From assembly GCA_002811645.1 (NCBI GenBank), contig PDIP01000004.1, forward strand, positions 62,001 to 126,000: DNA of 64,000 bases. Direction: 5' to 3'. Below are positions 31,318 to 45,867 of the stretch, in pieces. A program made the position numbers and the translations under genes. Under the pieces are notes generated by a model. It ran no database searches. It worked only from the letters and a program-made list of their open reading frames with translations, and was not told where the DNA came from. Position 1 is the first letter of the stretch. Each line of letters opens with the position of its first letter. Source of the DNA: Corallochytrium limacisporum Hawaii. Taxonomy: Eukaryota; Protista; Pluriformea.

Positions 31318-34300
31318 ATGAGGTCGAAAATCATATTTAGAATCAAATTGTAAATATGAATCAAAAATATATTGATTTATATCTAAAGGACTGTTCGGAG
31401 TTTCGTGTGAGTTTTTTGCTCCAGATGGTCCACCCTATTTCTCTCTCTGAAGGCTGTGGTGTGTCCTTTCCACTGCTGTGTGCCGCCTTCAATCTCAAAG
31501 ATTACTGTGGAAAAGGGTCCAGATAAGAGAAACAAACGCAAACTCGGACTCGGACACGGAGAGAGCGTCCCCTTCGATGTTGAAATGTTAAGCTCACCAG
31601 ACATTCACACACCTGTCTGCAGAGGGCATTGCCAAACCAGAAATGGATTTGCGGACGTCTGCCGTTCTTTGTGTGGCAGCAGGTTGGCACGAGCTGTGAA
31701 CACTAGCTGGCGGGTCACAAGGGACACACAAATCGTGCACAGGAAATGTGCATCGCTTTGCCCTGGGCCTGTCTCGTTCATGTGTGTCCATTCCTTTCCT
31801 GGTTTGAAGTGTTCCTTCTCCAAGACAGAAGCGATGAGGGGTTCTCCTTTATGCGACCTCGTCACCAATCTTGACGAGGATCCAGTACTGTTGTCGATCT
31901 TACTTATCTATTTCTTTCTTGGTTGTCAGCCCACACTCTCACCTTCCATATCCCGGTACTCTCTAGATTGCACCGAACCGAGCTGGGCTTGGAAAGATCC
32001 ATTGATGGTTCTGTCTTTTTGTGGCAGCTTCCGATGGTATTTTGCACCTGACAGGTGGTGTCGGAAAATGTTGCGCAGAGACTTCAAATCTGAAACCTGG
32101 GGGAGTCTTTTGGACGGGGAATACGAATTAACTGGTTGTCTGGGTCTTTTCTTCTGTTCCTCCGTCGTGTTCCGTGAACCTACCGTACAAAGGTTCACAT
32201 CCATATTTGCCTCTCCTTCGACCGCTTCCTACACATCTTCGCATCTTATTGCCATGCTGATGTTGGCTTCGCTTGTGTCTGGTCAAACCATTGACCGGGG
32301 CTCTGGGCGTCCCTTCCTATTCGGGCTCAGTCATCTGCCACTGTGCTGTGGTCGTCGGTGCTCATACAATTTACAAAGTACAATTGTAGCACATGCACGT
32401 TACGACTGGAAACAGCCGCAAGCAGTTGCAGCATCGTCAAAGTACCACTATTGAAATCAGCTGTCTCCTGCAATCCGCACAAACGGCTCGGAGGAAACGA
32501 TGAGGATGCAATCAAAGAAGGGACTACAAAAACGAGTGCAAAGTATCGAACATGAAGCGGACGGAAACATCTGTGCCTTCATGAATCAGTTAACATGTGC
32601 ACTGGAGTCCCTACGCACCATGGAACTCACAGCAGCAGCCAATCTCCATACACAGTGATAAGAATGGAGGAGGGTGGCATACCCACCCAGGGACTGATGG
32701 TGGATGCTGTCATGAATGTGATTGCAGATGCAGCGAGATCTACCCAACCATATACGACCCACGAAAGCCATCACATGCTTCTTGTTATGAATTTACATCT
32801 CTGCAGAAGAACAGCTGCCAGCAGATGACTTTGATGTGGGATCGGCATGGTAGACGACTTTTCCAACGTTCCCATCTCAACCCCTTACACATGCACACCG
32901 TTGCTAATGATGTGCGGATGGACCGTTAATGAGCCAACAGATACATCGCGTACAGCCTGTGCTGAAACATTGTAAGCTGCTTTGCTGCATCAATGGGTTC
33001 CTCGGAGGCATCTCGGAGGGTCCAAATTATGACACCCCACGGGTGTGTCCCTATGGGCATGCGGAGGACCCCGTACGCCGGGCTTGTTTCGCCGAACAGT
33101 AGCACAGGAAGTAGTTAACTTAGCAAGCACATTACAGTAGGCACTGGCCATGCAAAAGCAGTTCTTTCTATTTCAAGGGAAACGATAAGAAACTGTATTT
33201 CAGCTTCCTCCGGCTGCCCCTCTGCCCGCATCGATTCCAAACTACGCACAGCCTGGCCCCAGCCATAGATCGAGACCAACGGACACAATCTATTGGAAGT
33301 TGGTACACAAATCAGTGACCTGCACGTCCGCACCAGCACCAGTCAAGCGAGTCCCGGTGATAGCTACTGAGATCCTCTACGTATCTGTATCTCCTGTTGG
33401 TCCCATATATCCCAATTAGCTGCCAGTGAAAGCGAGGCCAAAGCTACGACCGTCCCAGCACATCGACCAGAGACTCTACGATCAACCCATTTCGAATCTA
33501 ATTAGGGAAAGTCTTAACAAAAAGGAAATGGGATATTTGATCTCTGCGGATTTCAGCACTATCTACGACCATCATCTTTCAGCATGGCACTGCTGTGGAC
33601 GGACTGTAGGCACAATTGATGGGCTCATCGAAGTGTACAGAATACCTCCGCTTCTGCCTGATGTCAGGCGTTTGCTGCACTGTCTCGAACAAAAAAATCA
33701 GAAGAGCATGACACCTGCAATCCATGAGTCGAAGGCATAGCCTCTAAATGGCTGGTGAGGGCGGAGCAAGCATTGGCGGGGAGACCATTAATGCAGAACT
33801 AATAGTTGGTGCACTTTTCGTTTCGATAGAGTCTGTGGCTGTGAACGAGCGCAAAGGAAACCAGAGCAACACCAGAGAACATACAAGTAGGACTGGATTA
33901 CGAGAAATGAATGGGGCAAATGCTGCGAACGATATACGAAGTCAGAAATGGGCGCCGAATACATTCCATCAGCGGGGGAGCTATGCGGAGTGTTGAAAAC
34001 TCATCACAGACTGCCATGGTGGTACACCCAAGACGTGGGCCATCTCCAGGCTACTCCACCAGCACTCAGCATGTCAATTGCCACAGATGCAACCCGGTGT
34101 TGTACAGTACAGCCAGGACTCGCACAATTGACACAAATGTCTTCAGGATAGTGGAGCGTTCCAAGTGGTGACTCCGTATTCTCTGCTCCCTGTACCCCCC
34201 TATCAATATGCAAGGTTGAAACCTGCTGCCGTTGTGGCGAAAACATGGCCCAATCCTGGAGTGGGTTTGTGTGCAAGTAAGTTGATAGCAAAATCTCTTT

Positions 34301-37300
34301 GCTACTACTTCCCATATCTACTCTTCTGGGTTGTCGTTCCCTCTCCACAACCCAACAACTCTGTGGAAAAGCGGGCCTCAACACCAAAAACTTTCCAAAT
34401 TTGTTAACTTCTGAGTTGGCAAGCTTTGGTGCAGGAGGGCATCCCCCACTAAAACACACACACACACACACAGGCGGACCACGTGATTTGGCAGGAATCA
34501 TCAATGTAAGGTACAGGGGGGTGCTGCTGATTGCGCACACAATCTACACATCAATTTCCTATATTGTACCCATCGACCCGGCATAATGTATCAAAACGTA
34601 CCCGCTCGTTGCGAAGGATGGACAGGTAGATCCGAATTTGTTGAGAATATTTTCACACCTGCATCACAAACGATTGAACTCAATTTTCTAGAAAATAGCC
34701 ACTTTCAGCAGTGACTACTGCACTGTTGTAGTTTCCAAATTTCATTGAGTACACTGATCGACACAGACCAAATTACGTACGCACTGTGGACGCCTGCGGC
34801 ACTTCGTGTTCGCTCCAGAAGCCTTTGCCATGGTCTCCCGTCGTAGTCTTGTCGACTGAGGGGTCCAATTGCACAGTTCGCCGGTCCATGGTCAAGAGAA
34901 GCAATGGAAGCGCACATCACTGTTGGTGTCAAGCGTCTCCAGAGATCCCGCAGTTGGTATCCATAAGAAAGTCGTAGAATCGAAAGCTCGCTCTCGAACC
35001 CATGATGCCGACGACATATAATCAGGAAACTTGTGTTGTGCGTGAGGTTTCAAAATTCTCATTTCGATTCAAGGTCCAGGATGGCCAGGTTTGACCAGCG
35101 ACAGTTGAGACTCGTTTGACTGGCTGTCGAATCGTCTCAGCGTGTTTCATTTCGACCAACACTCCCTTCAGAGAGGATGTCTACAATAGCACTCACGAAC
35201 TTCTTTGAGCATCCAACAAAAGGCCGGAGAGAAGGGAAAAGCACCAAATTCTGGATGCTCCAAGACCTCTCATGTAGGGTCCTTGACTGCCCTGCTAATA
35301 TTATTCCTGAATGCGTTGTGCGTAGGTCCAAATCTGCTGTGTATGGGAAAGTAAGCACCATAGCGTGACATGGACACCTAATACTGACTGCATCACTGGC
35401 GTGTTCTGGTTGCGTAAGAAACATATGCATATGCATGTTGGGGCACCATTTTTGTCTTTGTTCTTGAGGGCCCCCTATTACATCGTGGGTTGTGCGTGGG
35501 GCGCGATCGGGTCTTTTGACTCTCTTTTGGTGGCCGGGGTGAGGACGGGGAAGGGGGTTGGTAGACTTTGCGAGGAAAACGCTGGTTGGGGTTTGGATGG
35601 GATGACAGTCTAAGTTTTTTGGGTGTTTGTCTCTTTTCGCTCTCCGTCCCGCTTTTGTGCTCCTTGTGTGTCTATTCGCGGTGAATGCGGGAAAGCGCCT
35701 CTGGCCCAATCCATCCCACTTAGGCACTGCAATCATTCACATGCGTCAACCGTGCATGTACTGTCCGTGTACAATAGGAGCCATCGACAAATCCCCAATC
35801 ATCATCGTCACAGGCAACAATTCAATCAGGCCTGCTCCTTTTCAAAACCTTAGTTTCTGTCCGTCCTTCGATGTTCGAAAATCGTTGGTTCATTGTGATG
35901 TGTTTCAGGTGCGGTCTGCTCTATGCACACACTTGGTAGGCACGGACCCGTGGACGTAGACGTAATACAAGATAAGGAATCTACGGCGCTTTCCACATGT
36001 ACCCATTGGAGCACCAAGACGGGGGCGGGGGAGTGGTATCGTTTTGTAAAATTTTTTCACATTATGGACATATCACAGAGAATAACAAGCCGGCGTTGAA
36101 ATGAAGAACACGCCGCATATCCAGAGAAACAGAAGAGGTTCCCTGTGACCACATAGTGTGGAAGTCACACAGATATTGCCAATTCCCCTCTCTACCGTCT
36201 TATGCTATGGTAATAGTGGGAGTGCCCTGTGAACAAAAAACCCAGCTTAGTGATCATCATCGCACTGACGTTCACATGTTGACTTCCGCTACCATATTTT
36301 TCTTCTGATGCGCATGTGTAGTAAAAGTTCTTTTAACTGCAGCAACATGTCTGTTGACCAACAGAGCTATATGAAGAGAAATCAGCAGAAGAAATGCAGA
36401 AGAAATGATACTAAACGATCAAACGGTAGGCCGGTGAGTTCACTGTTAAGTAACAGGCAATAAGGACTTCGGGGGCGCATGACATAGTCCCCACCCACGT
36501 ACAGTGGTCGGAGGTAACCGATCTCAGATTCAGTATTAGCACATAAGGGGACACACCCGCTTCCTTGATATGAATTTTTCTTCACCTGCCCAAAAAATCC
36601 ATTAGGACGTTTCTCAAGCGGGCAACCACATCTCCACTCAGAATCCACTTTCTTCTCCGCGGAGATTGAGTTTTCAAGAATAGAGACCTCGGAGACCAAA
36701 TTTATGAATTCACGGTTTTCACACCTTCACATCGGTTGACCGAGGAGTTGAGGGAGTCCCCGATATCGGTCGCTTTTGGGCAGATATACCGGGTGTGCCG
36801 TGCTGCTGTGTGAACGAGTAGATACTGGCACCTGAACCCGATCCTTAGGCACGAGCAGCCTCGTTCTATTGCCATATTCTGTGCCGAATCGCATATTAAA
36901 CCAATGGCACATTGGCAGACACCTTGGCATGATTATCGTGAACACCAGCAGCAGTGCGTTAGGACAAATGTGCCGGCTCGATGTTGTCTACAAACCACCG
37001 GAGAGGACGCCAATTATCACACGGTTCTGAGTTGACTATACTTTGGTGCAGTCGGTGTATATACACCCTTCTGTCCGCGAGTCGTCGGGTCAGCTGTGCC
37101 TATTTTTCCCGCACTACCGTGCTCGTTTGGACACAAGTAATGACGAAACGCTTTCACGGCATGACAAAACACCTACGATCGGCAGGCACTACAGCAGAAA
37201 CTTTCTGCGCGCGAGAAAACGCCAACGTCGTCTCTGGCCACTGCAACTGCCACGGTCGCACAAAGAAGACATTCAGCCCCAGGAAAAGTAGCAGTCGCCA

Positions 37301-38795
37301 CAAGAAATTGTTTTGAACCATTAAAAGGGATCGCCTACTTCGTACACAGCACACTCATTAAGCTCATGGTATGAAATTACTGGACCCGCTTACGCACATG
37401 AAAAGGGAAATCGACAGTGCTTATCAGTTTGGAAATCGAAAAAGAGAACAGGAGGAAGTGGACAGTACGAGTTTCGTGGCGTAAAACCAGTTTTACCTTC
37501 TCGGAAGATAGGGTCACTACCTGTTGTTACCCATTCATTGTACGCAAATGGATTCCTATAGCTCCGGAGGTCGGATATGCAGGACCGACCAGCGCGGATC
37601 AAGAAAAAGAGTCCCTTGTGAACACTATTGCGCCTGAAGTCCTTTGAGGTCTCGAATATTGCTCGCACCAAACAGCTCTATTTTTGCCAACATTCTTGCA
37701 ACGGCAACCGAAACTATGAGGGAGTCCCTGATTTGGAATTGTATTTGCGGTACGTCACAATGTCGCCTACCACACAGTCTTCCTCAAACCCGATAACCGA
37801 GTCGAATTGTAAGTACTTCGTCGATGTGATGTAAGATCATATTTTGCGGCTATCGACATCATCACATGCGAGCAAGGTGACACTCTTGCACGAACATCAA
37901 CTACACAACACATATGGGCAGTCTTCTTCATAATGAGCTGTCCATGAAACTTGATTAGGGTGTGGGGACACTTTTACATGTTCCCTAGGCCCGTCTTAAA
38001 TTGATAACTGCACCTCAATTTTCAATGACGAACCTTGAAGCCTTGGGGACAGTTGGATCCCATGAGAGGCCGGCCAGTGCTGCGATTTGCTTAGTTGCGG
38101 GGCTTTTTGTCAAACGTTTTCACCGAAAAGTGAGCGCGCGATTCTCACATTCACAGTGGCTGGTAACCCAGCCAGCGTTTCAGTCAGCCGTAAAGTCCGT
38201 ACAGCCACTGGGTAAATACTGATTATAGTGGACGGGGTACACACTGCTGGGGCAGCGGGCAGACCAGAAAAATAGCGTGGGTGTCATGCGATATCGATTA
38301 GTTAACACAAGCAATTGATCAATATTTTCTGAGAAAAGACGGGTTTTGCGGTAGTCAGTTGGTGGGTCATTTTTCTTGCTTCGATAATATTGTGAGCCAG
38401 GGGCTTGCCGCTTCAACTTTGGCCTTTGGTGAAGACCCGTTGTATACAGCCGCAGTTTGATGCGAAGGATGTCCGAAGTACTGTAATGGGTTCCTTGACA
38501 TCAAGAGGCTACGCTGTATGCACGATGACGCTCTCCGTGACAAGGGATAGGAGAATCGCAGCTAAGGAATAATCATAACAAACAAAGGATTGTGCGTATA
38601 TATATGGATGAATGTGAATGTGCCGGACTTAGTATGGAAGTCCAATATGATGATGAATGTGGTAATATAAATGACAGAAATTCACAAGATGTGAAAGGTT
38701 ATGCTGATTCATGGTTCTAGCTTGCATGATGAGAACATCTTAACGAACACGAACTGATGGATATCCCCATCCATGCAAACTTCCCATATACGAAC

Positions 38796-39581
38796 TTAGG
38801 CCTTGATCTTGTTCAGGCGGGCCTTCAGAGCCTTCTGCTCTTGCTCGAGGGCAGCCAGCTGCGCGCTAGAGTCAGTTTCTTCTTGGCGCAGAGTATCAAT
38901 ATAGGCCATAGCCTTACGGAGGATAACAATCTTGGCAATACGGTCGTCTCCGATAAGGTCCGGGATGTTGTCGCGAAGAGCACAGAAGCTTCCCTTCATA
39001 TCTTCACGGCGGCGTTTTTCCTGAACATTGTGCAGGCGGCGCTTGCGGGCGTTGTCAGCACGGCTGTAGCGACGGCGCTTGCGTGTCTTTTCTCCGGACT
39101 CACTCTCGGACTTGCGGGATCCGCTGGAATTCTTGCGTTTGCGGGGAGTGGCGACGTCGGAAACGGTCATGACATCAACCTCTTCCTCTTCCTCAGTCTC
39201 CTCCTGAACATCCTCCATGAACTGGTCGCCCAGGAAGTCAAAGTCTGCGTCATTGAGAGCTTCACCGCTCATAGGGGATCCCATGGGGGTAGACTCCAGC
39301 GACAGAGTAGCCTCGCTGTCAAAGCCGGACCTCATACCATCCATAGCAGAGTGATTGAAGAAAGGTAGGAAGGGCTGAGGTTCTTCAGCTCCGTCTTCTT
39401 CAAAGGTCATGCCATCAGGGCCAGACAGGAGAGCAGGACCATCCATTAGAGGGAAGGAGTCGTCTGTGTTGTATGCGGAGTCGTTAATGAACTGCAGGAA
39501 GGAACCCTGGTCATCCATGATGTACTTCTCTTCCTCTTCATTGTGGAAGATAGGATCGTCAAAGGAAAGCAGAGAAGACAT
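38796..39581 (-). CDS. MYC: Myc-family bHLH-leucine zipper transcription factor
   Basis: KRRLHNVQEKRRREDMKGSFCALRDNIPDL...AKIVILRKAMAYI plus a zipper at the very C-terminus; acidic EEEVDVMTV (Myc box IIIb-like); TPMGSP (Myc box I-like). Confidence 0.9.
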   Translation of the reverse strand: MSSLLSFDDPIFHNEEEEKYIMDDQGSFLQFINDSAYNTDDSFPLMDGPALLSGPDGMTFEEDGAEEPQPFLPFFNHSAMDGMRSGFDSEATLSLESTPMGSPMSGEALNDADFDFLGDQFMEDVQEETEEEEEVDVMTVSDVATPRKRKNSSGSRKSESESGEKTRKRRRYSRADNARKRRLHNVQEKRRREDMKGSFCALRDNIPDLIGDDRIAKIVILRKAMAYIDTLRQEETDSSAQLAALEQEQKALKARLNKIKA

Positions 39582-42500
39582 GGTGAATTTTAGTGGTTTG
39601 AAAGCAAAAGTGTTGATGAGTGACGCTGTCTTCTTTGCTTGCTCTGATCCGACACTAGTGATATGTCAGATCAATATATTATGTAGGTAAATAATATTCT
39701 AGTCTAAGTTGAAATTGAAACAAGTGCATGTGATGTAGATACTTAAATACGTAATTCTGCATACAAACAAACAAGACGCGTCAAATTTCTTCCTCAACTG
39801 GTCTGGTGCAAAGCAAAACAGTCATGTTCACGAGTTGGTATTGAAGAGCGGCGGCCTCAAAGGGGCCCGGACATGGGAGGATGGGCAAGACGAGAAAGTG
39901 AAAAAAAAAGGAAGACAGGGGAGAAAGACCAGGAGAGAAGGGGGAGAGGGGGAAAAGCCGGTAGCACTCAAGGGACCGAAGCGAGGATTCGACAGTTTCC
40001 GTTGATAAAATGGACTGAACCACAAGGGAAACAACTGGACTGGATCGAGTGGGAACAACCGACATTCGGGCGGGAACCACAGAGTATGAGGGGTGTTGTC
40101 CTTTCAGTGTGCCGGAAATCGGAGGGGAAGTGACTACTGTGAGCTGCACACCGGCATGACGGTACACATCTACAGCGCCCTCTTTGCGAATTATGTATGG
40201 TATTGTCAGAAACAAACAACACAAAAAACTCTGGAACACTTTCTGAAACACCTCAGTTCCCCCCCCCCCTCGCGAGCCATTTGGTCTTGTTTGTCATCGC
40301 GGAGTTTTCGAAGCCTTTCCCAACTATTGAGCACGGAAACAATTTACCAATACATTCTGTGTGAGGGTTGTGTGTGTGTGTTTTGTGGCTCTGTGTGATG
40401 TCCCTTTCCCTCCCCTTCCCCCCCTCCCCCCCCGGGTCCTGGTTCCCTCTGGTCAAACTGAGGTGTGTCTTGTGACCTTCTCCCTCTTTCAATCTTCTCC
40501 GCTTCCCTCAATGTTTCTCTATTTTTTCTCCCCTGCGTTGCCTGCTCACAAAGTCGGTCTTTTTTCATCGGCCCCGTCCATTAGAGCAAACTCCAAGAGC
40601 TCGAGCCAGTTTGGCTGCCGACGTGTCCGCTACCATCCTCACTGTTACAGTTCTGTTTTATCTTTTCCCTCCTTTCCCGCTCCTTTCTCTCTGATTTACT
40701 ACCTTTTTCTCTTCAATACATTGAGAGTGGCATTTCTCCGTGTTTGAACACAGAATTCTTGGTGTGCGTCTGATGTCTTGTCGATAGTTTGCTTTCTTGT
40801 TGCACGGTCTGTCGAAAAGTTTCATTTCGATCGCGACAGAGGTACCTTGTGGGATACTGCCATATCCCACCAGCTTGAGCATGAATGGTTCGCCGTCTTG
40901 CTTCATATTGGCTTGTCCTCACCTTGTATGTCTCGTACCATCTCCATTTTCCTCCATCGAAGCCAGCGGAATTCCATTGCTTTGGATTGTTGGCCGCTTG
41001 AAGTTACCAGTACTAATGCTGCTGCAGAGGTGATGCTGTGAGGCTGTGGTGTTAGCATTCGAGCCTCATATGGAGAGGTGCGGGGGTGAAATTGTTTGGC
41101 GAAGCCGCCCCCGTGGGTGTTCAACCCGGTACAACGAAGAGTTTGCTGTCAAAGTGCAGTGGGCATTTCGACTTGTGCGTGTCCTCATGTCTTGTACCAT
41201 GGTGAGTGTGTGCCTCTGCAATCTCAGAGAAGTAAATACTTCTCGAGATGCCCTCTTCGGCAACAGAATAAAAGTACCGCATGTGAACCTTCCAAAGGGA
41301 CTGGGAAGTGTTCTGTTGGTGTGTTTAACGTCACCGAGGGAACCTTAGAGAACAGAGCACTGAAATGCCGTACACGTTAACCTTCCAAAACGGACAGCTG
41401 AATAGTGCGAGGCCGTTGTGGCCCATGTCAAACGTCACCGTCGCCCTCTTCTCGAGCTGCTGCCAAGTTTGCAGAAATGTATCGTTTCTGAATTTCTCTT
41501 CAATGCCGAGTTGCATATGTGCGAATTCTGTTGACAGATGCGCTCTAGATCGTACCTCATGACAATTAGCTAACAGCCCCACAGAATGACCACTCAGCAT
41601 TGTCAAATGTAGACACCTCCCTTCTCGAAGTCGAACTCAAGCCCTGCGGATTCGAAATGTGGTATTTTTTTTTGATAAGTGCTGGGTACGTCGGCATATC
41701 TTGTCTCTATATACATTCAAGACGTGCTGTCAACTGTAGAAACCAGTTTACAGAGGTCTTGGCACGAATAGTTGTCTGGTGACACTGATATACCGATTTT
41801 CACGAAAGTAGAGGGGCACAAAAAATTTTTGGAGGCACGGTATTGGTCAGATGAAGCATGCACAAACAAAACTTCACCTTGCCACATGTGACGGTCTGCA
41901 AATTGACAACGGGAACACATGAGACGTTGGCATACAGAGTAGGACGAAAGACGAGGATGGTGGATGTGGAATTCTGCAGCCCCAGCTAGCCAATGTAAGC
42001 CCGCTGGACATGAGAATCCCAGTAGAGCCCCAGTGAAATTCATATAATTGCGTGGGACGGATGGAACGGCACATTTATTTTTCTTTAATGAAGAATAAGT
42101 ATTACAGTGATTCTACACTATAGAAGAACAGAACCGCTTGGAGCAAGCAGCCAACAGTCACCATGGTCAATATTCCTCCTGAAATTTATGTAAGCTCATG
42201 GTGGGAGGGAATGACGCATTGACATGTACTTTGTGGAGCAAAGCAGACAGCCAACAAGCAGATTTTGTTCCTTTCCGGCGGCAGGTCAAAACAGATCGAG
42301 AGAGGGGAATATGTCTCACGGCTCACATACACACAAGCGGAGCCTTTTTCTGCACTGACAGTACACTAGCGTTTTACCACGAGAACTCAAGGCTCGAACG
42401 ATGCTGGGCACTGTTGGCGGCGGGGTGTGGGAGAGAAGTGGATGTTTCACCAGGCGGATTTCCAGGTGGAATCGGGGGAAATGTACCCAGGATCGAAATT

Positions 42501-45500
42501 TGAATCGGCTCATTCCTCCAAAGAACACATATGAAAAGTGCCTAGCGGATGGACAAAGGCGAGCTAATGGGAGGGGACGGGAGTGCATTTAGGGTTTGTG
42601 GTATTGAGAATAAAACCGCAGCCACCACAAATGTGTCAAGCCCCGTGTCTATTCCTCGACTGTGTTGACAATTTAATGTTACAATCGTGTTGAACGTACA
42701 CAATTTGTCTTCCGCGGCAATTCGTTGACCGATGGCATCCAAGCCTCAAAATCTATAGCTAGCGGGAGGCGTGTGCTCACTGCGGCAGTATCACAATGAA
42801 CACAGAGACATCCTGGAGAGGACTGGCAACAGAGTCATACTCGTGCACAGTGCAGTCCAGTGAGTGGACAGCGAGCTTACAGACGTTTCGAATGTAAATT
42901 CCGTAAAAATCTCACCAAAAACTATAACGAGTAGCTGAGCACAGGGCAGAGTGGGTATGCGTGCACATCTTTGACAGTCTTCGGAATCTATGGAAGAGAT
43001 CACAGGAGTACAGAATAGTTCGCTGTGGTCCGTCGGGGAGTGCTTGCGACTTTAATATGTGTTTGGCCAATCACATTTTCCGTGCATTCCGGTCAAGATG
43101 TTCATCTCTTTGGAAGCATACAAAGAATGAACAAGAATTTCAATGCAAATATATGGATTCAAACTGGCTCTACTAAAGTGTGGTGTACCCCGCCCAAGTT
43201 GTGTTGCCAAAGTTATACGGAGTGGACCCACTGTTCGCAGCAACATTACTCAAGGGAGAGGATGTCGCTTGATTGACCGGAGGCTCTCCGCACCATCTCT
43301 TAAGCACAAAGCATGATGTAGTTCCCTACACAACATGAATGAGCCAGTTCATCGTGTACTGAAGGGCACAACTTTTTGTTTGGTGCAATTGATTGATCGA
43401 CATGTTCCTCGATGACTGAGGATCCCATGATGTGACAGTTACTCTGTTGTGGCAAAGTCTGCTACCAATGCGATATAGGACTGCATTTAGCGGGATGGTT
43501 TTGAAGACCGAGAAATCCCAGTATTTTGGGTCTTCTCAGCCCCCGCGGATTTTGGACCTCTGGCTCCAAGCGGGATAGTCTGCCACCTATATTTTCCTAT
43601 GAAAACCTGGTTAACATCATGAATTTGGAGATCGTAGATTCCTACTATTGCCTTTTGTATAGTATCTGTGTTTTCGCCTTTCCCCTCGTATTAACGTCGT
43701 AGGGAACAGCAAGTGTTCCAAGGACTTCTAATCACACCCCCGTATCTCTCTTACTTTGTTCCAAGCTTTTATTCCCCAACACACTTTTTGTCCCTCTGAG
43801 CGACGGCATTGAGTGAGTGGGAGGGGGGATCGCCCTGAGACAGTTAGAGAAACCCACCGAAAGTTAGAAAAGTCGCGTGGGTGAACTCGAGATGGAGATC
43901 TTTGGTAGGGTCTCTTGTCAGGAAAGTAGGGTCTACTCCAGCGACATAGAGAGAGAGAGTGGAAACATCGTAAACAGTACAAATTATGGATTGTGTTAAG
44001 ACTCACACATGTTGATGGTCTCTTGGTCTCCCCCCTGGTTGATGTCCTCCAGCCACTCATGTGAATGATCTTACTACGGGCTATCTGTGAAGACATAAAC
44101 AACACACCAAGTTTATTCTCTGATATCTGCTAGAAATTCTGTTCAGCATTTGTCAATTGACTGTTTCACGTCAAGAAATTGCAACCTTCGAACACACATC
44201 CGAGTGGATCCTCCCGCTACATTCAACTTCATGTGGCCCTCGCGATCGGGTCAACTAAGCAGCCATCGTCACGATTCCGAGGAGACCTTCGACTTCCCCT
44301 TCTGTTTCTCTATAGCTGGTTTCTCAGTCCCTCAGTGCTGCCATGAACCCGGCCTTTGAACCAAGCCCAAACATATCCCAGTTCCCAACCTCCAGCAAAC
44401 CCCCCCCCCAGAGGCTCAACCCACGCGACTTTTCTAACAGTTGTGCAAGCATACAATACACTGGACTTTATGAAGAGGCACGATATGCCCGGTCCCTTTG
44501 TTTACAATTTGCCGTTGCTAGACTAGATGTACATTTCGATAGTTTCAGAATTTCATCTTGTGCTTTGCCTCTGACGGCACGACTTGCTCCCTTTGCAGGA
44601 GGGGGCGCACGGTACTAACTTGTTCTGTCCAGCTGTCATCTCGCCCCCCCCTCCGCCCCCCACCCCGCCCGTAGGGGGAGGGGAAATCGCCCTTCTCCAG
44701 AGGAGGTCCCAAATTTTGACCTGGTTCTCTATGGTGTGGCACACACAGCTATACCTTGATCACTGATCCTGAGTTTCGGAGACAGCAAGGCTTCTTGTGA
44801 GTTGGTATCTGAAAGCGTAAATTTTTCTCAGGGGGGTGTGTGCTGATTCCGAGGTGCAGCTGAACGGGCTCTTAATTGAAACTCTCTTATTGGAGGTGTG
44901 CACATGACACATTGATGAGAACATACTCTATTATACAATGTTGTGTCCACACATGAGCTCATGGAATTCCAACTAACTACCTGTTGTTGTTTACTTGTGT
45001 TTCTTCGGCCAACGGAAAGGTGAGCGTTCTGTTCGGAGCTACGGACAATCAGGGCGGCAGAAATATGCTTCCCTTGTGGGTGGCTGTGGCCAACACGTTC
45101 TTATCCACCTTTGACAAGATGGTGATATTGGACAACAAGGAGGAAAATGATACGCACTACGAACTCAATTGGAGAACGTCTGGGGTATTGTTCGATTCGA
45201 TGGTGATAGTTGGGATAGAAGATATATATAACACTGAGGATTGTCAGAGACGGGCCCGAAAGAAAACAAGCCGCAACATGTTTCATCAAAAATGTTTCAG
45301 AGGCATTGTATGCATCAGATTGGCGCAATTACTGAGAGTGTGGGTGCTTTAGTGCTGCACTCCAGTAGTGGTTTTGTGCGATCATCTACAGTGTACCTAC
45401 CCCACAATGGAACACAATTTGATGAGTGGAAGGGTCTATTTCTGATCACCATATCCGCTAGAGAATGGGCTCGGAGTGCCATTGCCGTATCCTTTTGTAC

Positions 45501-45867
45501 AGAGTGTCAACCCCGATTTCTGCCCTTCCTGTCGGCCTTATGCTGTGGCGCCCAAACTTCCCCTTCCTCTGGTCTTGTTCAAAAGTGGTGGAACACCATA
45601 GCCAAGCAAAAATTCAAAAGTAATCAATAAATATGAACTAGAATAGAAATATATTTTAAATCTAGAAAATATGCTGAGCTGTGAATCAAGACACTGACAA
45701 AGGCCGGAAATTTGAAAAGGTCCTTTACAAAAATAGCGGTACATCTAGGAACATTGGTTGGCGCTCAAGTTTCTCAAATGCCATCAACAATCATGCCACA
45801 CTTGATCAAACACTCAAACTGAAGGCCTAATAATTGATACTGTCGAGGATAACAACGTGCAGAGCGT

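Noticed and set aside
31456-32454. 332-aa plus-strand ORF
   Set aside because: Non-ATG start and Cys/Ser/Phe-rich composition typical of an antisense shadow of the decayed minus-strand frame
38757-39368. 203-aa ORF antisense to Myc, and similar shadow ORFs opposite PepD, the Bfr1-like gene and EF1B
   Set aside because: Explained by codon bias of the real gene on the opposite strand
43650-43675. GCCTTTT...TAGTATCTGT resembling the U2 snRNA 5' region
   Set aside because: The intervening conserved sequence and the Sm site context are missing
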